Source: the human T2T-CHM13v2.0 reference genome, Homo sapiens
Assembly: GCF_009914755.1 (NCBI RefSeq)
Contig: NC_060929.1
Direction: 5' to 3' (one strand)
DNA: 64,000 nucleotides
Shown: positions 53,130 to 64,000 of the stretch, piece after piece
How the letters are laid out: every line of letters starts with the position of its first letter
How positions within the stretch are numbered: the first letter of the stretch is position 1
Position numbers and translations under genes: made by a program
The notes under the pieces: model-generated
What the model was told of the DNA's origin: nothing
Database searches by the model: none
What the model saw: only the letters and a program-made list of their open reading frames with translations

Positions 53130-53292
53130 TTCCCCCAGAATTCGTCATTCCATTGAGTGAGGTCACGTGTGAGACAGGGGAGACCGTTGTTCTTAGATGT
53201 CGAGTCTGTGGCCGCCCCAAAGCCTCAATTACCTGGAAGGGCCCTGAACACAACACCTTGAACAACGATGGTCACTACAGCATCTCCTACAG
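53130..53292 (+). CDS. TRIO: TRIO exon 52 (163 nt; Ig domain)
   Basis: cccatgcag|TT...AG|gtgagg. Encodes PPEFVIPLSEVTCETGETVVLRCRVCGRPKASITWKGPEHNTLNNDGHYSISY. Confidence 0.97.
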
Positions 53293-53559
53293 GTGAGGGA
53301 GGCCCACTCCTGGTGGGTTTCGCTGGCTGGGAGCACCATCTTGTCACTTGGCAACTGGAAATTCCTCCTTCACGGATGGATTTCTTTGGCTGCCTTCGGC
53401 ACTCCACTTCTTCCGTGAGAGCCCATTTCACGCCTGGGTGTACAGCTCCTCATCAGCACTTGAGCTCCTGCCTTCCCTTGATCCTGAAGGAGGAGGCCAG
53501 CGCTGATGGCCACGTGCTCAGCTTTTCTGATGCGCAGTGTGTTCCCATCTGTGCCGCAG

Positions 53560-53681
53560 TGACCTGGGAGAGGCCACGCTGAAGATTGTGGGCGTGACCA
53601 CGGAAGATGACGGCATCTACACGTGCATCGCTGTCAATGACATGGGTTCAGCCTCATCGTCGGCCAGCCTGAGGGTCCTAG
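53560..53681 (+). CDS. TRIO: TRIO exon 53 (122 nt; Ig domain)
   Basis: gtgccgcag|T...G|gtaagc. Encodes DLGEATLKIVGVTTEDDGIYTCIAVNDMGSASSSASLRVL, with the I-set DxGxYxC motif. Confidence 0.97.
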
Positions 53682-54810
53682 GTAAGCACCGTGCAACGAG
53701 GATTCTACGTGACCCAGTGGGGCACGTCTTTCAGGAGTCTCCTTAAGTCCTGAGTCTGCCCTTACACTCCAAGTGGCCTGAAAGATAGAACAATAAGTCA
53801 TTTGTGGGGCTTCAAAAGACAGTTGTAAGTAGCAGACCAGAGTGTCTGGGATGTCACAGGAGAGTGACCTCTCGGCACCTTATGTAAAGTCGGGGGAGAC
53901 ACCGGAGCTCCTGTTGCTGGGAGGAGGATGGGGGCCTGCCTGGTGAAGGCCTCTGGCTGCCCACCATGGGGCACCAGGGCCCCCCACGACCAGCTTCTGA
54001 GTTGGAGCAGGGTGCTTTCCGTGCTCCTAGTACTCAAAACACTCATATCCAGCTACCCAGCTGAATCTGGATCTGGTCTAGGTTGGTCTCATGTAGAATG
54101 TGCATGGGAAAAGCAGGAAAGGAGATGTGGGTGAGTCCCGGGCCTGCGCAGGCCCTGTGCCTGTCTGAGACCCTAACAGCAACCCTTCTGGGTGAATGCA
54201 CGCCCTCCTCACCCCATCCAGGAGGAGCCAGGCCCAGGGCGGCTCAGTAGCTTGTCCAGAGCATCTGGCTAGGAGGCATCTGCCATGGGGCCTGCTTGCT
54301 CCAGTGTGAAGAGCTTGTTCTTTCTCCTCAGCTAAACCACAAGCTCCCTGGGGCAGAACCAATATCTTAGGCTCTTTCAAAACGTCCTGTAGTTGCCTGA
54401 TGTAGATAGCTGCTGAGAAAGGTGTGGACTGTTCTCTGCTGCCATCTTGCAGAAGGCCGGCCATGCAGTACTGGGCTGCACCACAAATGGAGGTGCCTCC
54501 AGAGGACAAATAAAACTCCAAATGAAAGATAAATTGAGTCCTGGAGCACCCCGTCTGTAGACAATAAGCAGAATTTGTCTTAGAACTTTTGTCCCAGATA
54601 TCTTAATTTCCTGTTTTTAACAACATTAAATCAGAAGACATGTTCTGATTTTTTGGATCATGGAACAAGAAATCTAAAACTCTAGAATTTGGCAGTAAAC
54701 AATAAAAGGTAAAGATTTTCTAATTTGTAAATAACACAGAAATTACACAGGTGATTTTTTTTTTTTAATCACTGGCAAAAGCTAAAGGACTTTAGAAAGG
54801 TATACTATTC

Positions 54811-55201
<391 letters not shown>

Positions 55202-55650
55202 TCAGAAGAATTATCTTATGTGGACTATTCCAAGATGATCTTAACCATTTCCAAATTGTTCTCTGAGAGAAGCCACTTTGTTTGCAGGCATCAGTAATTT
55301 TGTGTTTTGTTTTAAATCTACCCTTGGCTCCACTCCTGTCTGCCTGAGGCTATTCCTGCACCCACAAGCTGTCTGGGGTGTGCGCCCTCATTCTCTCCAG
55401 CCCTGGCTGCCTTGCAGAGCCCCAGTTCTCAGATGCTCAGGAAACAAAGCCTTATTCTCAGTCCAGCTCTGGCTCAAGGCAGGTAGCTGGTCAGAGTCTG
55501 GGCTATGAGAGGGGAGTCCTGAGGCTGGAGGCATTGGCCCTGCACCCTGAGGACAGGTGCAGGCCCCCAAACTGTGTCCGAGAGAATCATCCAAAGAGAG
55601 CCCTGTCATCCCACCAGCCAGGGCCGAGGCTTCTGTTGATGAGAAAAGGG

Positions 55651-55954
55651 GGCCAGGTGCAGTGGCTCATGCCTGTAATCCCAGCACTTTGGGAGGCCGA
55701 GGCAGGTAGCCATGGCTTGAGCCCAGGAGTTAGAGACCAGCAACATGGCAAAACACCATCTCTACAAAAATACAAAAAATTAGCTGGGTGTGGTGGTGTG
55801 CGCGTGTGGTCCCAACTACTCTGGAGGCTGAGGTGGGGGGATCACTTGCCACCTGGGATGTTGAAATTGCAGTGAGTCGAGATTGCACCACTGCGCTCCA
55901 TCCTGGGTGACAGAGCAAGACTCTGCCTCAAAAAAAAAAAAAAAAAAAAAAAAA
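55651..55954 (+). mobile_element. Alu (AluJ-type)
   Basis: Diverged dimer with long A tail. Confidence 0.92.
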
Positions 55955-56009
55955 CACACAGGGAAAAAGAAAGGTGTGTTTTAGAGGAGCCAGGGAGCAC
56001 CTGCCCACT

Positions 56010-56130
56010 ATGATGCTCTGTCTCTGGGTCTGGTTGGTGGTCACAGAGTCGCCATTTATGTTTGGTCCACTTTTCTGTATATATGTAATGCTCGAATAAA
56101 AATGTTTATTTAAAAAAAAGAAAAAAAAAA
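56010..56130 (+). mobile_element. Old L1ME-like 3' end with AATAAA and A tail
   Basis: cacttttctgtatatatgtaatgctcgAATAAAaatg followed by an A-rich tail. Confidence 0.55.
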
Positions 56131-57241
56131 CACCAAGCCCTTTCAGTTAAAAAAAGAAGAAAAAATATTTTTATGTAAATAATAGTCCAATATTTCTTAA
56201 TGTGAGTTGGTAGATGCTTCAAATCTGCCTAGTGAAATAATTTTATTTTTATTAATGCTTCTCTCTCAGTACTCCTTCACCTGCAAGGTCAGAATTAACC
56301 TTACCATTTATAAAGCACTTTAAAGGGGTGCAAATGTGCCAGCATTAACAAAAAAAGACTGCAGAACAAAACGTAGCCTTTGGTTTAAGTGATTGACGTG
56401 AAATTATTGCTTCTCGTGTGTCCTTCAGTGAAGATTTGAGGCTTTGTGTGTGCCAGGCATTCTTCTGGTTTCTGGGAGGCTGCAGAGGTGGATCAGACAC
56501 GGGTTCACTTGTAGTCATGTAGCGGTCAGCAGTACTCCTGTGACAACAGTGCTAGCTGGCAGCACATGGCATCCACCAGGACTGCCCACTGCTATGTGAG
56601 GAGATGATTTCCAGCCATGAGTGAGTCAGGGAAGGCACATGGAGGAGGTGGCCACCACCCCAGGGAGCCCAATTAGACAAGTCAGCTTGGATTGGACATG
56701 GTTTAAGGAAACGCATTCCCAGTGACAACCTGGGGAGAGGTGAGGAAGCCCACGTGAAGATAGGGATGGGCAGATGCTCGGCCTGGGCTGGACTGCAGGT
56801 CAGGTGAGCGGGCCGAAAGAGGGGAGAGGAAACTAAGTGGGGAGAGGAGGCTGGATGAGTGGGGTCGGGAGGGCCAGGCTCCCGTGGAGGCCTAGAATCA
56901 CAGTGGCAGCTGTGCTTCCCAGGGGCTGCCTGGCAGCAGGACCACGTGGGGCTCCCCCACTTAGTGCTTCTTTTCACAGGAAGACTCTTGAAAGGATGCT
57001 TTCTGTTCCTGTGGACATGTACACAGGGTTCATTACTCACAGGTGATTTACAGTTGGCACTTTTATAATAAAATCCTCTTTGTAGTGTATTTATGATTCA
57101 TTAACCATGTAAAACCCTGTGGACGTTAAGTAAATACTGTGGACTCTTGATCTCTCACGGCTGTGAAAGGAGGCGTGGGGAGGAGAGAGCAACTTAGCCT
57201 CGAGGTGGTGCGGCCAGGTGAACGGGGAGGACCATCTGTAG

Positions 57242-57550
57242 CAGTGCTGTCCAATAGAAGCAAAAAGAGGCCACATATGCAAGTTTAGATTTTTCTAGTA
57301 AACACATTTTAAAAATAAAAGTAAAAGCAGTTTTTACTAACATGTATTTAATTTAATGAAATACATCCAAAGTATTAGATTTCAACATGAAATCAATATT
57401 TGAAAAATCATTAGTGAACTATTTTGCATTCTTCCTTCACACTAAGCCCCAGTGTCTGTGTGTCCTTTATGCAGCCACCACATCTCCACTCGCATGAGCC
57501 GTGTGGCAGGTGCCCGGTGGCCACGCGCAGCTGCTGTGAGGGACAGTGCG
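57242..57550. mobile_element. MER33-like hAT MITE
   Basis: cagtgctgtccaatagaa...gccacatatgcaagtttagatttttctagt...ggacagtgc. Confidence 0.8.
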
Positions 57551-57619
57551 TGGCGATAGCCTTCTTACCCAAGAAGCTCCACGGGAAACAAGCTCAGGCA
57601 GGTGCTGTTCTTCTTGCAG

Positions 57620-57698
57620 GTCCAGGGATGGATGGGATCATGGTGACCTGGAAAGACAACTTTGACTCCTTCTACAGTGAAGTGGCTGAGCTTGGCAG
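57620..57698 (+). CDS. TRIO: TRIO exon 54 (79 nt; start of kinase)
   Basis: ttcttgcag|GT...AG|gtatga. Encodes PGMDGIMVTWKDNFDSFYSEVAELG(R). Confidence 0.96.
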
Positions 57699-59433
57699 GT
57701 ATGATGCACAACCCAGAACGCCTTCCGAAAGAGCAGAGCGTGGGGAAGACATACCAGAGAGTGCAGGGATAAAGCTAAGCAGTGTTATCTTGCCAGCAAT
57801 TGGAAGCTGTGTGTCTTGCATTTGAATCGTAACTCTCATTGCCTTTAGACGCTAAACACTGGGGAAGTAAGGAAGCCATTTTCCACTCGGGTTCCAGCAG
57901 AGAGGGCCGAATGCCACCAGTCACCCCTCAATGGGGAGAAATTGCTTCCCTCTGTGAATGTGGAATAGTGGTAGCTCTGTGCCGTCCTTGGGAGAGTTCA
58001 GGAGTCTTTCAAACGCTTCTTGTAGTTCTTAATCCTCTTGTGCCCTTCACGTTTCATTTGTGCATGGAGACTTCAAGGAGTGACAGTAAAATTAGATGCA
58101 CAAACTAAGAGAGAGGTTTCCCCATCAAAGGGGTTCTTTCTCTTCATGAGGGGCAGCCGAGTCAGGGGTGGCCCAGCAGTGCCATCAGACAGCCCGGCTT
58201 CTCTTGGCTCTGCCTCCAGGGCCACACAGCACACACATTCAGGTGTTGTGTCCCATGTGGCAGGAAGAGCAAGGTCAGAGGAGCATGACAGCTGTCCTTT
58301 GTCCCTTGGTAAGAACTCCCCCAGAAACTCCAGCCAGCAGCACCCTCTGGCATTCATTCCTGAGGTCATAACTAGTCACATGGCTCCTGTTGCTGTCTCT
58401 GTCAGCTGTCTGTGGCTGCATAAAAAGTCACACCAGCACATGCTGTCTTAGGACAGTGGTGACATGTGCCTTCTTCCAGTGCAGTGGGCAGATGGGACCA
58501 TTATTCTGTTGGCCTCTCCTGGCCTGGTCAGCTGGTGCACCATGCCCCATGCGTGTCAGAGGCGTTGTCTGGGACACTGGCCTCTTTCCACATCGACTTT
58601 CACCCTGGGCTCCCCCACGTGAGGGCAGTGGCATCCCAGAACAGCAGGAGCAGGAGCGTCAAGGCCTCTGAAGGCCCAGCCTCAGAACGACCAACGTCCT
58701 CCACATCCTGTGGGCCAGAGCCAGCCCCAGGCAGCCCTGATTCAAGGGGACGAATAGCCCCCGCCTCCGAGTGACAGAAGTAGCAAAACCGTGGCCTTTA
58801 ACCACACAGTCTGCCCGCCACAGGCGCATCTCTGGTCCTCACATGTGCAGAATGCACTCACCCACCTCAGGCCCCCAGCCCAGGCCCCCACCTGAGGTCC
58901 AAGGCCTCGTCCAGATCGCGTTGAGTTGTGGCCAGTCCCCAGGAGTGGGTCATCAGGGGCAGCTCCAGGGTCCTCGTGCCTGCCCCACACACCCCCACAG
59001 GGGCGAGGCTGAGGCAGTGACCACAGCAGACGCACCTTTCAAACGTGCAGGGAAAGGTGGCTGACGGGAGGCGTGAGCAGCCATCCCAGCTTCTGCTCGT
59101 CGTGGGAAGCAGAAGGGAGTCGCCCGGCAAGGCCAAGGCTCAGAGGTCTTCCTCTGTCACTTCCACCACACGCAGTGCTGGGAAAGCAGCCACCGACGTG
59201 AGGAGACCAAGGCTGCCTGGGAGGAAGGACCAGCAGAACCGCGTGGCTGCGGGGACAAGGGCAGATTTGGGGGACAGCCATGGCACCACAGCCCCTCCGT
59301 GGAGTGGCCGGGAGAGCAGGGCCTCTGGACAGGGCTGGGCCACCACACAGCCAGTCCATTTAGGATAACAGAGTCTTTCTCGGTGCCAGACCTCAGCAGC
59401 CTCTGCAAATGGTCCCCCTGACATATTTTACAG

Positions 59434-59634
59434 GGGCAGATTCTCTGTCGTTAAGAAATGTGATCAGAAAGGAACCAAGCGAGCAGTGGCCACTAAGTTT
59501 GTGAACAAGAAGTTGATGAAGCGCGACCAGGTCACCCATGAGCTTGGCATCCTGCAGAGCCTCCAGCACCCCCTGCTTGTCGGCCTCCTCGACACCTTTG
59601 AGACCCCCACCAGCTACATCCTGGTCTTAGAAAT
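59434..59634 (+). CDS. TRIO: TRIO exon 55 (201 nt; kinase N-lobe)
   Basis: ttttacag|G...AT|gtgcgt. Encodes GRFSVVKKCDQKGTKRAVATKFVNKKLMKRDQVTHELGILQSLQHP...YILVLE(M). Confidence 0.97.
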
Positions 59635-61439
59635 GTGCGTACACACCTGGCCTTCCCTCTGCCCAGCCCTCTGCCTCCACCTCAGGGGGTTTTGTTGTTC
59701 CTGTTTGTTCTCTAAGAAGGATAGAAATTGGGTTTGTAGAATTTACAGAACTAAAAAACATCTTCACTGTCAGAGCCCGCAGTTTTCAAGCCTTCCAGTA
59801 ATGGCAGAAAGCAGTGTGGTCTTCCACAGGGCGGTTGCCTGATGAAGGGCAGTCACTGCTGGGATGGAACACCTGATATGCTCAGCCAACCCGGAGATGC
59901 ACCCCCCCCACCCCTTTTCTGAAGGTCCCATGAGGCCAGGCTGTCTCTGGTGCTGAACCCAAGCCCCCATTAGTGGTTGGAGGCTGACCTGATACCCCAA
60001 GCCTGTGCAGGGCCAGCTCACCCCGGATCAGCGGGGTGCCCCTCAGGCCTCCTGCCAAGTGAAGGCCAGTTGGATGGGAGGGTAAGACGCACCTCCCCGC
60101 AGAATGTCCTCCGAAGAGGGGGCGCGGGCACACCAACCAGAGCTGCCCCTCTGGTCCCCGTTGTACTTACTGGGCTCCTGTGTAAGATCAGAAAATAATT
60201 TAGTCACGTCAAGAAAAGAGTTTGAAACCTGTGTCCCACAGGAGCGGTTCTCATCTAGGGGTGGGTTCTCGTGGAAATGTCAGGAGAGCTCAGGCTGGGG
60301 GTGAGTCCGGCAGGGAGCGGCCGGAGGCCAGGGATGCCACCCAACCTCCTGCAAGGCAGGGACAACCCCCATGGATTCATCCACCCCAAACATCTGTGCA
60401 TTTAGCTTTGAAAAATGTCGATTCCTCCTTTTTAGGGGGAGTCATTTTATACATTTACTTGCATTTACAGCTGCTTTTCCATGGGGAAGGGTAAAACCTT
60501 TTGTCACCATTTGGGAAGTTTGCATAGCTTCTTCAGTGGGAAGGATAGGATTAGCAGGGCGCCCCCATGGGGTCATGTAGGGGCAGACTCAAGCTCGGGG
60601 CCCCTCGCCGGCAGGAACTCCCTCCAGGCCCTGTACCTGATGTTGTAGTTATTGTCATTTTTTTCTTAAAGAAACTATAAATGCCTCCCCATACCCTTCC
60701 TAGGGCAAGGCTGCCACAGCGTCCCACATGGCCCCACATGCAGCCTTACCAGCTTCCTCGGGCCGCCCATGTGCCATGGGTGACAGTGGGTGTCTCAGGA
60801 AGGCCTCCCACCCATGGCTGCACAGCTAGAACCTCCCCCAGCACATGGGGACGTGCTTCCAGCCCGTCTTTCAAGAATAGAAAACACATCTCATGGCAGA
60901 AGGGCAGACGGTGGGGCGCAGTGAGGCTGAGCAGTGTGTATGGAGAGGAGGTCCACTGGCCTCGCCTGGCCTCAGTCCCCGCCCTCCCTCTCATCGGCTC
61001 ATTTCTCACCCTGGTGTCCTTAAAAGTCACACTGGCTTTGGAGGGTTGTCGTGGGGCCGAGATGGGGCGATGTGTGTGGAAGAGCCGAGCCGACATCCAA
61101 GCCGAGGCCTGGCCTGGGAGCCTCAGGACCCGGGAGGTCTCCTTTCTGGCTCCAGACGCTGGTGACCAATGGCCACTGCTCACCTTCCCTGGGGAGTTTT
61201 AACAAAACTGTGGCTTGAGTGCTTGTCACAAATCTCCTAAAGGCCTTCGTTTCTGGACTGACATTTCAGTGCTTTCAGCTGTCATTTCTGGGAAACAAAA
61301 TGGTTTGGCCTCACCATCCTGTTAATAGGATCCGTTTTCATGACAGATTACTCCTGTTCTCACCGGCGACTCCCCATTGCTAGACAGGCAGCTGATCTTC
61401 CTACAGATTTCTGTTTTGCAAAGAGAGCAGCATAGGCCG

Positions 61440-61660
61440 GTGTTGAGAGAGGTGGGGGCCAGACCACCTCAGTCCAATCCTGGCTTCTCCACTCTGGAGC
61501 TGTGGGACCTTGGGAACGTTTCATGCTTTCTCTGTCCTGAGTTTCCTCGTGTATCAAATGGGTACACTAAGGCCCACTTCACAGAGAGTCATAAGGATTA
61601 AATGAGTTGTTAGAAGGCATTGAGCCCCTGGCACTTGGCAGTGCTGGGTAAGTGTTTTTT
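61440..61660 (+). mobile_element. MIR
   Basis: aatcctggcttctccact...ctgtgggaccttggg...gtttcctcgtgtatcaaatggg...aggattaaatgag. Confidence 0.75.
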
Positions 61661-62162
61661 TAGTATGAACAGTAGTTTCAGAGGAGGAAGTCTTCTGAGT
61701 CCAACACTGAGCACTCAGTGTGTCACCTCCTGCCCAGCCTGTGGTTACATGATCTCGGTGAGTCTTCCCGTGGCCCATTCTACAGGTGAGGAAACTACAG
61801 CTCCGAGAAGCATGAGCTACTTGCCTTCCTTCAGCAGATACCGCAGGATGCCTGCTGCACCTGGCACTGCCGGCAGCCGGGCCACGCCATCCCCCGCAAC
61901 AGGCGGGTTTGGACCCTTGACTGTGCCGCTCTACCACCGGCTTCCCTCTTAAGATGGAGACACCCTGTACCCCACTCGCATCTTCCCAACAGAGCTTTAC
62001 AAAATCCCCCTCCTTGTCTAGTCACGCCTTAGAGGCACGGCCCTGAGATCCCGATGACACATTCATAACAGGTGACAGGTCCGACATGTTTACTTCTTAC
62101 TAGCCCAAAGAGGTCTTCAAAGCAAATCGCATCATAACAGTCACCCGCTCCTGCCTCTTTAG

Positions 62163-62301
62163 GGCTGACCAGGGTCGCCTCCTGGACTGCGTGGTGCGAT
62201 GGGGAAGCCTCACTGAAGGGAAGATCAGGGCGCACCTGGGGGAGGTTCTGGAAGCTGTCCGGTACCTGCACAACTGCAGGATAGCACACCTGGACCTAAA
62301 G
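62163..62301 (+). CDS. TRIO: TRIO exon 56 (139 nt; kinase catalytic loop)
   Basis: cctctttag|G...AAG|gttggt. Encodes ADQGRLLDCVVRWGSLTEGKIRAHLGEVLEAVRYLHNCRIAHLDLK. Confidence 0.97.
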
Positions 62302-62920
62302 GTTGGTGAGGCCCCGGGCAGGTGAAGGGGGGTCTGAGCACACCGGCTTGGCCATGCGGGACACAGAGCCCCCTCTGAAGCCAGGCCAGGAGCCCCCAAG
62401 TGACTAGGGACAAAAAGGGTGGGTGGGGCAGCGCAGACACTGATTGCTAATCTCTCTCTCTAAGCGTTTGCGTTCAGTGATGCACACGGTCAGGAGCACA
62501 CTGGGTAAAACGCCGGAGCCCTCCCAGCCTTCCACGACTTTCAGAAAGTCCCCATGAGTTTTGCCCGGTGGGTGTGGCGGGTGCAGTGGTAGCTTAGGCG
62601 GGAAAGAGAGCATTCCCCTTGGTGCTGGGAGGGAAAATGAACACCCAGCTTCATAAAGCAGCCTGGTTTCATTAGGCTACTTGGCACTTAGATCTCCAAA
62701 GAGAGCTGCCCTGTGTGGATCTGGGTCCCAGCTCCGCTGTGTCATCTCTTCCTCCTCACCCTCGGCTGCCAGCTGAGTGGTCCGGCCTGCTTTGCACATG
62801 CATGGCTTGTCCTAGTTGACATCCTAGATTCCTTCCACCTCACCATAGAGTCCCGCCCATCATCACGAGTAAGCTTAAGATTGGATGGTCTGAAAATGAC
62901 AGTTGTATTCTGATTTCCAG

Positions 62921-63463
62921 CCTGAGAATATCCTGGTGGATGAGAGTTTAGCCAAGCCAACCATCAAACTGGCTGACTTTGGAGATGCTGTTCAGCTCAA
63001 CACGACCTACTACATCCACCAGTTACTGGGGAACCCTGAATTCGCAGCCCCTGAAATCATCCTCGGGAACCCTGTCTCCCTGACCTCGGATACGTGGAGT
63101 GTTGGAGTGCTCACATACGTACTTCTTAGTGGCGTGTCCCCCTTCCTGGATGACAGTGTGGAAGAGACCTGCCTGAACATTTGCCGCTTAGACTTTAGCT
63201 TCCCAGATGACTACTTTAAAGGAGTGAGCCAGAAGGCCAAGGAGTTCGTGTGCTTCCTCCTGCAGGAGGACCCCGCCAAGCGTCCCTCGGCTGCGCTGGC
63301 CCTCCAGGAGCAGTGGCTGCAGGCCGGCAACGGCAGAAGCACGGGCGTCCTCGACACGTCCAGACTGACTTCCTTCATTGAGCGGCGCAAACACCAGAAT
63401 GATGTTCGACCTATCCGTAGCATTAAAAACTTTCTGCAGAGCAGGCTTCTGCCTAGAGTTTGA
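62921..63463 (+). CDS. TRIO: TRIO exon 57 coding part (kinase C-lobe to stop)
   Basis: gatttccag|CCT. Encodes PENILVD...KLADFGDA...GNPEFAAPE...DTWSVGV...SRLLPRV, then TGA. Confidence 0.98.
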   Translation, partial: PENILVDESLAKPTIKLADFGDAVQLNTTYYIHQLLGNPEFAAPEIILGNPVSLTSDTWSVGVLTYVLLSGVSPFLDDSVEETCLNICRLDFSFPDDYFKGVSQKAKEFVCFLLQEDPAKRPSAALALQEQWLQAGNGRSTGVLDTSRLTSFIERRKHQNDVRPIRSIKNFLQSRLLPRV

Positions 63464-64000
63464 CCTATCCAGAAGTTCTTTCTCATTCTCTTTCACCTGC
63501 CAATCAGCTGTTAATCTGAATTTTCAAGAGAAAACAAGCAAACATAACTGATCAGCTGCCGGTATGTTCATCGTGTGAAATTGCATTCCAAGTGAGCTGT
63601 GCTCAGCAGTGCTTGGACACAGAGCTGCAAGCTGCGCTGGGGTGGAGGACCGTCACTTACACTCTGCCCAAGGCAGAGGTCGCATTGCTGTATCACAGTA
63701 TTTTATTCAGGTTTCTGCAAAAAAATAAAAAGATAACTTTTTTAAACAAACATGAATAGAATTTTGCAAATTTAACGTTTTCAAGATTTATTCAAGGAAA
63801 CAAAATGCCTATGTTCAACCACTGGTGTTAATGAACAAAGATACTGTGCGTCTCTGGGGAAGACGCACCTAGGTGGCGGCCACTCCCATGGCCTTGTCTA
63901 GGACTCAGAGACCACTCGGCTCTGAGCTTCCAGGCGCCTCGTCTGTGTGCATCTCACGCCCGACGTGGCTTCTGAAACGTGCATTCAACCTCAAACTTTT
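63464..64000 (+). other. TRIO: TRIO 3' UTR (probably continues beyond the window)
   Basis: Directly follows the stop codon of the terminal exon. Confidence 0.9.
63724..63729 (+). terminator. Candidate proximal polyadenylation signal in the 3' UTR
   Basis: AATAAA about 260 nt after the stop, in an A-rich context. Confidence 0.45.

Noticed and set aside
56095-56130. AATAAA plus A tract as an intronic poly(A) site before the kinase exons
   Set aside because: Explained as the tail of an old L1. The genomic A run would also cause internal-priming artefacts.

Overview
This is primate (almost certainly human) genomic DNA covering the 3' part of TRIO on the + strand. I traced 23 GT-AG exons, numbered 35-57 by counting back from the last exon of the 57-exon model as I recall it. 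They splice in phase into one reading frame: post-SH3 linker, RhoA-specific DH2-PH2 GEF, Gly/Ser/Pro-rich linker, SH3, Ig and a DAPK/MLCK-like Ser/Thr kinase, ending at TGA 63461-63463. Most other ORFs in the six-frame track are shadows of GC-rich exons or repeats. Introns hold many Alus, a solo antisense LTR12 (ERV9) with a 4-bp TSD, a nested MLT2>Tigger1>Alu stack, hAT MITEs, L1/MIR fragments, a VNTR and a C/D-box snoRNA-like element (probably SNORD170). I found no new gene family or prokaryote-style system. The most interesting signals are RNA-processing ones. These are a hydrophobic alternative last exon (Trio8/Solo type), several mutually exclusive outputs at exon/intron 48, and an exon 47 that starts with a perfect GTGAGT donor next to L1 sequence. 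There is also a tandem duplication that copies the exon 43 donor and a candidate internal first exon in frame with exon 35. Isoform and repeat-subfamily names are from recall and need database confirmation.
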